A DNA stretch of 64,000 nucleotides from Camelus ferus (Eukaryota): NCBI RefSeq assembly GCF_009834535.1, contig NC_045697.1, forward strand, positions 41,666,001 to 41,730,000. Direction: 5' to 3'. Within the stretch, counting starts at the first letter, position 1, and each line of letters begins with the position of its first letter. A program made the position numbers and the translations under genes. The notes beneath the pieces are model-generated. The model worked only from the letters and a program-made list of their open reading frames with translations, had not been told where the DNA came from and made no database searches. Positions 55,910-64,000 of the stretch are shown piece after piece.

Positions 55910-55926
55910 CACAGGTGCAGCAGTGA
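55910..55926 (+). CDS. MAPK10: MAPK10 terminal exon, short (p46/alpha1-type) C-terminus: (A)QVQQ*
   Basis: Proximal acceptor TAG 55907-55909 adds CACAG and shifts the frame: G|CA CAG GTG CAG CAG TGA (stop 55924-55926). Confidence 0.93.
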
Positions 55927-56057
55927 ACAGCAGTGAGAGTCTCCCTCCGTCCTCGTCTGTCAATGACATCTCCTCCATGTCCACCGACCAGACCCTGGCA
56001 TCTGACACTGACAGCAGCCTGGAAGCTTCGGCAGGACCCCTGGGTTGTTGCAGGTGA
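55915..56057 (+). CDS. MAPK10: MAPK10 terminal exon, long (p54/alpha2-type) C-terminus: (G)[46 protein letters not shown]
   Basis: Distal acceptor CAG 55912-55914. Open frame to TGA 56055-56057. Matches the known JNK3 C-terminus ending GCCR. Confidence 0.97.
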
Positions 56058-56099
56058 CTAGCCGCCTGCCTGCGAAACCCGGCGTTCTTCAGGAGATGA
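56055..56099 (+). CDS. MAPK10: Stop-codon readthrough extension of long JNK3: X-LAACLRNPAFFRR*
   Basis: TGA-CTAG at 56055-56061, then 13 sense codons to a second TGA at 56097-56099. MAPK10 is an established UGA-CUAG readthrough gene in human. Confidence 0.85.
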
Positions 56100-56786
56100 T
56101 GTGATGGAACACACACACGCAGACACTCATGCACACACACAAATGCAGACACTCACTGACAAGAAAAACAGCAAGGGAGAGAATCCAAGCCTAAAATTGA
56201 AACAAATCTTTCAGCCTGCTTCTTCTCCAGAGTTCTGTAATGCAGCTAAGCCAAATGTCTATTTAACTTCTAGTTGCTCTTGCTTTGGTCTTCTTCCAAT
56301 GATGCTTACTACAGAAAGCAAATCAAACACAATTAGAGAAGCCTTTTCCATAAAGTGTAATTTTAATGGCTGCAAAACCAGTGACCTGTAATTGCCCTTT
56401 CAAATGGCATGACAAGGTGTGCAGTGGCCCCGTCCAGCATGTGTGTGTCTCTATCTTGCATCTACCTGCTCCTTTTGGCCTAGTCAGATGGATGTAGATA
56501 CAGACCCGCATGTGTCTGTATTCACACAGCACTACTTACTTAGAGATGCTACTGTCAGTGTCCCTCAGGGCTCTACCGAGACATCACGCACTGGGGTACC
56601 ACATGGTCCATTTCATGTGATCTACTACTCTGACTTAAACCCATCTGTAATATATTGCCAGTATATAAGCTATTTAGTTTGTTAATTGATTAAGCTGTAT
56701 GTCTTATAAGAAAACATGTAAGGGGGGACTATGGGGGGAGTGAGCTCTCTTGGACCCTTGGAGATGTAGCTTCCAAACTTGAACTG

Positions 56787-56792
56787 ATTAAA
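56787..56792 (+). terminator. Candidate proximal polyadenylation signal (ATTAAA)
   Basis: First PAS-type hexamer I found after the stop, about 730 nt downstream. TGTA elements lie upstream and GT-rich sequence downstream. Confidence 0.5.
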
Positions 56793-57639
56793 TGGCACCT
56801 GTATACCAATTTGTAGAAGGAACATATGTGATGCTTATGAACAGTGTGGGGTGGGAGGGGATACCAGTTTCCAGGTACTACATCGTTTGACCTTTAGAAG
56901 GTAGGAATACAAGCTGAGGGTCTTTTCTCTGGTAGCGAGTGTGTAGGAGAGACTAGAGACTAGGGTTGTGGTGTGGAGGAAGACTTAAAGATTATTACCC
57001 AGACACTAGGAAACAATGGCATACATATTTTAGAAAGGAGACCCCATTTGTCATTTACACATTTTATGTCACAACTGGACAGAGTGGCAGTTGGTGAGGC
57101 AGGGTTACGTGTTCACATCTGATGGTGAGGACCCCTCCCTGAAACGGAGAGAACGGTCTCCATACGATATCCTTAACAGAAGGCGAGCATACCCAGGCGA
57201 TTTTCAGATTGTGGGCTGTGTTTTCATGAGTGTGCTACTTTCTAGGTTTAGAACTTGCCAAGGTTTTATTTTGAGAAGAAGCATTACTTCCCTCTTCTGG
57301 AATTAAAAAAAAAAAAAAAAAAAAACAACTTAAAAAAATACCCAGAGCCCAGGGTGATCCTCAGGTCAGTCTCTGAAGATATTTCCCAGACATTCGTCAG
57401 GGGTTCCTCAGCTCCTTAACACGGCTGCTGTATCATGTTTATTTGTTTCTCCTCATAAATTTGAACCATCCAAGAAGGGCTGATGGTCTGAGTTTTGGAG
57501 TAGATGTGACAGCAATAACTCTGCCCATAAGTTACTGCTGCTGAACAGCTTTAGCAATACGAGTGTCTTAGAAGCCATGAGGCATTTGTGTCAATGCTTT
57601 GAAAATCTCCTAAATTTAGCTCAAGTTAAATGGAAGTGC

Positions 57640-58330
57640 TTTCCCGGGCCCGGAAGGAGGCACTGTGAAACACCCCGGCTATTTACAGCAATAATGGGGA
57701 CCAGGTCGAGGCGTCTCTTCTCGTTCACTTTGGCGGAGTATCCGTCACCGCTCTTCGCCCTCTGACCACTTTGGTGCTCCCCCCGCCCCGCCCCGCCCCG
57801 TGTGGTGATATTTCACCGGAAGAAGAAGTGAAACGCAGGGAGTGGGTGGTGATGAGTGTGAGGTGACTGACCAACGGAGCCCCTTTGAAAACAGAGCAGC
57901 CGAGAACGCCAGCAGCCCTGAAAACTGCCTTAAACACAACACTAGGGAAGCTGCGTCTGTCTCTTCTCAAGCAATAGAGTCAACCCCCCACCACCGCCAC
58001 GGGGCGAGGCTGCCGTTTAAGGGATTGCTTCACACAGCAGGCGTCGTGACGAGAGGTCATTTGTTTAAAATGCAGAGGAAAAACACTCAACTGTGCAGCT
58101 TGTCTTCTGGAATAAAAGTGGCCCGGTTTCTCCATCTGGCTGCCATTGGTTTTGGTTAATGTTGCAGATGACCTGATTTTTAAAATGCTTCCACGTTCCT
58201 GGGAGCCCTCTCTTCTTCCTTCCTGTCACGTTTCCCCCAGCTCCCCACCCCCTTGCGGCTTGTCTTCTCCACACTCTTCGCTCTTTCCTTCCTCCCTGCT
58301 CTTCTCTTGCTATGCCGCGGCATCTCCACT
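57640..58330. promoter_or_regulatory. CpG-enriched patch with tandem GC boxes (CCCCG)4
   Basis: CpG density is clearly above the rest of the window. ccccgccccgccccgccccg at 57781-57800. Confidence 0.5.
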
Positions 58331-61300
58331 CTCAGCTTTTTAAACACATGGGATTCAGCGCAGATAGCAGGCAGCTGGGAAGGTGAGTCACAAGGGGCGT
58401 TTCATCAGTCACAAAATGACATCAGGAGACAGAAGCCCGTCTCCAGCCAGCATCTTAGAAGTGCTTGATGTTAGGCTATGTCTCGTGTTGGCCAAAGTGA
58501 TTTTTTTTTTTTTCCACTCAGATTAAACCAGGCAAAAACTAGCCAGTGCTCCTCCTCTGCTGTTGCTGCTTTTCCTAAACTCTACTCATCTGATCTCTCC
58601 TGTTGTATGGCTCTTGGGAGCTGATTACCTTGAGCCAGAACTCCCTACGGATAAGAAAGAAATGGAACAAATCTTTCATATTGAAGTATCACATACAGAT
58701 AGAGCTAAGGCTTGGCTTCTTGACTTGTTCTGGGGTTGATTTTTTTCCTAGATTATCAAAGCAAGACAGGCGATGTGCCAACAAAAAGAAATACCATTTC
58801 AAAAGCCCACCAATCCTTCACCATCTTGGGTCCGTTTTATTACATCTTCAGAAGGTGATTATGTTATTCCCAAACTCACAGAATATATTGTCTTCTGCAT
58901 TGTCTTTTCTTAAAACAAACAAACAGATATATCCTGTATAGTCAACTGTTTCTTCCAAAAGACTCTCTTGCTTTTCAGGGAGGGAAGTTTCAGGTCACCT
59001 GGACTATAATCTTGGAAAAAGTGAAGGTCTGCCTGTGGTTGAAGTTCCTTTGGGGAATGTGGAATTGGCACTCTAAGAGGCCTAACCTTCTGTCACTTCC
59101 TGTAGGGCAATTAGTTTCACGGGGATCCTTGAAGAAATGTTTCATAGTGTTTTGTGGGAGGGGTGGCTGTCTGCCCATGTGCGGGAGGAACCAAATTGTT
59201 GGGAGAGCTTGGCAAATCACCCTGACCACTTTGGTATTTTCATATGTATTTTTTGGGCCAGTGTGATAGAAAGAGACATGTTGACCTTACAACCAAACTT
59301 CTCATGGAATAAAAACTGATGAAGATCTTGCATCTTCAAGAATTTGATGACTGAGCTTAAAGGGAATGTACCCCACAGGTGGACCAGCTCCTGGTCAGTT
59401 CCCTCCAGTTGGAGTAAACTATTGAATTGAGGGTCTAGAAGCTGGATAGTTTTTTTCTCAATCTGTTATCATTATCAGAAAATGATTACCTAAGGATACT
59501 GGTAGCAGCTGACTGGTTAATCAGAAAACAAGCCTTGACAAATAGAGTAAGTAGCAGTAGGTCAGAATACAGAAATCCTTTTATGACCTGCCAGGGGAAA
59601 AAGCAATAGGCAAAAGTGGATTTTGAATTTTAAATAGTCATTGCAAAATCTAAATTATGCAAAATCTATTTCTATTTCATTCTCTTAACATATGACAATC
59701 TAAATCTTAAAAGTATTATGCTCTGTAAAAAATGCTGTCAGCCAGCTTTGCTGAAAATTTTATCTTCTGTAGCTCAGACAAAGGGATAAAATTGCCCCAG
59801 GAATCTTTGATCCCAACCACTTTGGGTCTGAAGAGGAATCCGCACCCCCACCCCACTCACAATACCCCACATGTGTTTTAATTGTGAAAGATTGACATTT
59901 TCCACAGATATCATTGAACCAAGAATGGAAACTCCTTTCTGTAAGAAAAACAAACAAGTTACATTGTAAATAGTTATATTAATTATTTTCCATGTGATTA
60001 AAATGCAAGATTTTGTTATTTCCTTTAGCACTTGGATAGTTCTTTTCGCTGTCTGAAATGGCTCACTTTGACCCATTTCCTTGGTCAGCAAGCTGAAATG
60101 GATAGTCTCTGTTTACATGTGGACTCCTGTGTGTCTAACTTTTGATTATGTGGGACCAATGGCCAGTATATTCTAATGGACACAAATCTCCCACCCCTGG
60201 TTAGCATTAAACTGTTCACCTTGCCATGTCTATCTTGCAACAAGACCTAACTTGCACCTGCCTGTTACTCTGCATGATTGGACTTCAAAGACTATTACAA
60301 ATGAGGAGAATTGTATTTATAAAATGAACTTAAAGCACACACACAGATTCATACACATCTCACCCTTATGGCGCTAGATCAACCCTGGAAGGCAGAACTG
60401 TGCACATCCAGTTCCTTTGCAAGGTCTTAGTGGTGAGAGCCAAGCAAGTCAGCCTGATGGATCAAATGCACTTCCGTAATGTTTAAGAAGGATTTGAAAT
60501 TATTTAAATCATTTCTGTGTTCTTTCTCACTCTCTTTTTCTTTTCATTGTTTGTTTGTTTGTTTCCCTTTATTTTCAAAATGTTGGTGGAACAAGAGGGC
60601 GAATGGGGGGAGAACTTCGGCATTTTTGAACTCTTTGTAGGTGGGTACTAAGTTGGTGCATTGTGATTTCTGTTTCTTATGAATTATTAAAAACCAGAGC
60701 AAATCTGCTTCCAGTAACATAAAACCAAATCTAAACCCAGACCTTGTTGGAGTTTGCCTGTTGCCACTGGTTGTCGTGCTGCTCATTGTCTTGGGTTTCC
60801 TGTCCTGACAGTATCTCTGAAGCATCTCACATAATTTCCTGGTGTGGTCTGATTGTGCCAGGAATAAAAAAAGAATGAGGAATGACCTACTGTCTCACTG
60901 TGGGTAATGAGGATACAGTATGCATGTGACCAAGTAGAAGGCTATGCTTTCATTTGAGATTGGGTTCTTCTAAAAATGACCTTCACTTCTGTCCGGGGAT
61001 ACTGGCTGTACATCTGCAATTCAGTAAGTGTCCTTTAAGGTATAAAATCGATGAAGAGGAAAAAATAATTTTCTGGGAGCATTAGGTGAGTTAAACAGGG
61101 TTAAATATCCTCTGTTAATTTGTCAGAATTCCTAGTCGGTTTAATTACTACTTAAGAGAGAAGGTAAAGGTTTTTGTGTTTTTGTTTTTGTCTACATGGA
61201 AGCCAACCTTAATATCTCAAACTGCTTGGTGCATTTTAAAAATATGATTTTGTGGCTTAATAAGATCACTGAATCCTGTGTTAATTATGCTGGAAGTTAT

Positions 61301-63341
61301 CTGACAATGTCGAGGAATGGTCCTTCTATTTTGGTAAATAAAACAATTTTATTTGACTAGTTAACTATTAGAAAATCTGGAAGGTAAACATACCTATTCT
61401 TTTTTTTTTTTTAATACCTATTCTTTTGAGTTAACACAACCCTATCTTGTTGTTTATAGGAAAAATAGAAACCAAAAGTCTTTTGTTATCTCTGGCATAG
61501 CTTCCATTCTAATTTGAACCACAAATCTTTACTCTCTTACTAAGTTCAAAAGTGGCCTAATATAGGTACCTGAAAATACAGTATTAAGAAGGGAAATTGC
61601 ATTGCACAAGATTGCTTATGGGAAGAAAGGGTCAGAAGGAGTTACTGGTGCATACTAGTTACCATATATTTGGTTAAATTTGATCCAATTTGTAGTGAGA
61701 AGAAAGGTGTCTTGAAAATTACCTTTTTTTTTTTTTTTGCAACTACTTATATAATGACCAGCCTAGAAGGAGAATTTCGTTTGCTCAGTAGCTGCACTGC
61801 GTTGTATCCAAGGTAGAGGTTTTTAATGTTGCTGATTTACCAGAATGGTCTTTGCTACCTTTTGCATGCCTTTCCTCCAAGTGTTTTGAAAGGCATGCCT
61901 GGAAAATGTTTGCAAGTAGCGAAGCATACTGAAAGTCCCACCGTCTCAGATCAGTTCATGTCAGGGACCGCTGAATGTGGCAAGTCATCTCCCTCAGCTC
62001 CAGACTGAATTCCATCTGCTCAACCTTTCAGACCAGTGTGTTCTGTTTTAGTTACTGAAAACAAGCTATAGAAATGGACAGTTCTTAAGCACATGAAATG
62101 CGATGGCACACACACAAAGAAGAGTCCATTGCCCCTTTGGAATTTCCCATGCTTTAAAACCATGCTTATCCTAGTATAAAACCCAATGTAAAACAAGTCT
62201 GAAGTGCAATTGAGAGGACTCAAGTTTCACTCCGTGGAATAGGTGGCTTCATTTCCTTGTCACTGGACTTCTGGCACTGTCCTTCCCTGCATCTTGTTTG
62301 GAATCTTTCTGTTTACCCAATAGTCCATATTGTTTGCAACTTAGAAGCAGGTGCAAAATGTTACTCATCTTAAAAATTCTCCACGCTTTGCCTAGAAAAG
62401 TGTATCATTCATAGTTTGCCTTCCAGTAACAATTTTATATTCACATTGGTGAAAATATTGTCTATGAGCAATTATACACAAAATCAGTTTTTTAATCCAA
62501 ATACTATTTCACATGGACTAAGAGAATTAGTAATATTAAGGTACTTGTTTTATAAAAGGAAGATTTTCAAAAAGCAATAGCTTCTTCCTTAATGTTAAAA
62601 TATTGCAAACTCAGATTTGGTGCAAATCAAGCTCCAAGAAGATTGCACTGAATTCAACTTCTGAGCTACATTCTTAAGTAGGACATTCATTCGCTCTGAA
62701 AACATTGATTGCACATCTATCTGTGCATCCTAGGTAGGAGACAAGCACAGCACATACAGCATAATCCGTATCCTCGAAACTTCAGAGTAAATAGATCTTT
62801 CCGTTTAAAAATAAGTGGTTAAAGCAACACATCTTTATCTCATTTGTTTACTTTCTTTTAAAATAATAATGTTTTCAAATTAGTGGTGTGCCTTGAACGA
62901 TTCCGTTTTTATCATTCCCTTAAAGCAATGAAACAAGAAACCCGCTGCTTTCAGTGTTGCCATGTTGTCTAATTGTGTGTAAGTGCACTTAGTGAATCAG
63001 CATCGGAAGATCTGGGATATTTTCCATCGCATTACAGAAGATGAAAACATTTTTACTCATTTGAAAAATAGCATGGAGATGAAAAATACCGGTAGGCCTA
63101 CATTAACTCAGTGAGGAAATAAATGTATCTTCCCTCCTGTTCTTTTAATTAAAAGGTTAACTGCTATCTTTTGGTACGTTTTAAACACATATGAGTTTCC
63201 AGGTAAAGGGAAACATGTGATGGAATATTGAGACCTTGTCAGTGACACGATGTCTGTATCCTGGAAAAAGATAAAAAGTTCAGAGGCAAAAACAACAGCA
63301 ACAAAAATAGTGTAGATGCTTTTATCCTACATTACATAAAG

Positions 63342-63480
63342 TTTATTTATTTATTTATTTTTCCAGAGATTGATATGTTTTATTTTTATCTCTTTATTTA
63401 ACTTTTTTTTATTGAGTTATAGTCATTTTACAATGTCATGTCAAATTCCAACGTAGAGCACAATTTTTCAGTTATACATG
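63342..63480 (-). mobile_element. Short LINE-1 3' end, antisense, with two A-rich tails
   Basis: ttttttttattgagttatagtcattttacaatgtcatgtcaaattcc...caatttttcagttatacat (63403-63480), preceded by (TTTA)n at 63342-63362. Confidence 0.8.
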
Positions 63481-63749
63481 TTTCCTCTGGGAGCTATTGG
63501 GCCTGGATGTCGAGCTTGAGGCTCATATTTCTGGCATCAAAATCTCCCAATCAGCAGATGACATCACAACGAGTACTGGGATCTCGCTGCAGTGATGCTC
63601 TCATACGGAGCCAAATCTCGGATATTTGTTGTCTATAGGTAATGACTGGAGTCCTAAGACAACTTCAGGTAGAATTTAGTCATTTATTATTTTCTATCAG
63701 AAACTCCAGCTCAGAAGATCCTTGACTATGTGAGCCAGAAATTTGACAC

Positions 63750-64000
63750 TGAATTCAACATTCACTCGATTCATACTTGCTGATTGTGCACTTCAGTCTT
63801 CTGAGGACTTCTCTGTACACATAGTTGCAATCAATCCAGGCAACCTTCCTGCCTTCATGGGGTCTGCATTCTAAGGGGGAGTAAGGTAGTGGGAAGAACT
63901 GAGAAGACAGGCAGATTAAAAGAATACGGCATGAGAAGGGGTGCCATTTAGACGAGGTGATCAGAGCTGGCCTCTCAGAAGAGATGATACTTGAGCAGAG
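63750..64000 (-). mobile_element. LINE-2 3' fragment running off the window end
   Basis: attcaacattcactcgattca, cctgccttcatggggtctgcattctaagggggag, ggtgatcagagctggcctctcagaagagatgatacttgagcagag. Confidence 0.75.

Larger units (their letters stand above)
56100..63150 (+). other. MAPK10: Probable MAPK10 3' UTR with several candidate poly(A) signals; distal end uncertain
   Basis: Follows the stop codons and is poor in recognisable interspersed repeats compared with the introns. ATTAAA at 56787-56792; AATAAA at 58111, 59308, 60863, 61337 and 63118. Confidence 0.55.

Noticed and set aside
55898..56152. Antisense 84-aa ORF over the terminal exon
   Set aside because: Shadow of the GC-rich coding strand plus the CA tract; no independent support.
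63481..63640. Endogenous bornavirus nucleoprotein fragment
   Set aside because: Short resemblances to recalled bornavirus N motifs (FPLGAI; HHCS...VVMSS) fall on opposite strands and contain stops, which is consistent with chance. It cannot be claimed without a TBLASTN/HMM search.

Overview
Mammalian genomic DNA, AT-rich and dense in interspersed repeats. It contains the 3' half of MAPK10 (JNK3) on the + strand. A tRNA-Ala(AGC)-derived SINE resembling camelid vic-1 suggests a camelid source. Six coding exons can be spliced by eye into one frame: 2893-2964 (72 nt, the alternative '[13 protein letters not shown]' exon), 13912-14094, 18124-18248, 46318-46381, 48054-48131, and the terminal exon starting at 55910 or 55915. 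Several RNA-level switches are visible. (1) A U12-type GT-AG intron follows the alternative exon, and YCAY clusters lie upstream of that exon. (2) Tandem acceptors 5 nt apart give the short AQVQQ* or long ...GCCR* C-terminus. (3) A TGA-CTAG readthrough context allows a 14-codon extension. (4) A candidate intronic poly(A) isoform ends in GTHSQ*. Switches 1-3 are known for human JNK genes; switch 4 is my inference. Intronic findings include a decayed MULE/MuDR transposon with readable transposase motifs, a short L1 insertion with a twin-priming-like inversion and a possible 3' transduction, a perfect 45-bp templated insertion, divergent CTCF-like motifs, and a CpG/GC-box patch downstream of the stop. 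Nearly all ORFs in the supplied track are spurious. Repeat family names and boundaries come from recalled consensus motifs and are approximate.
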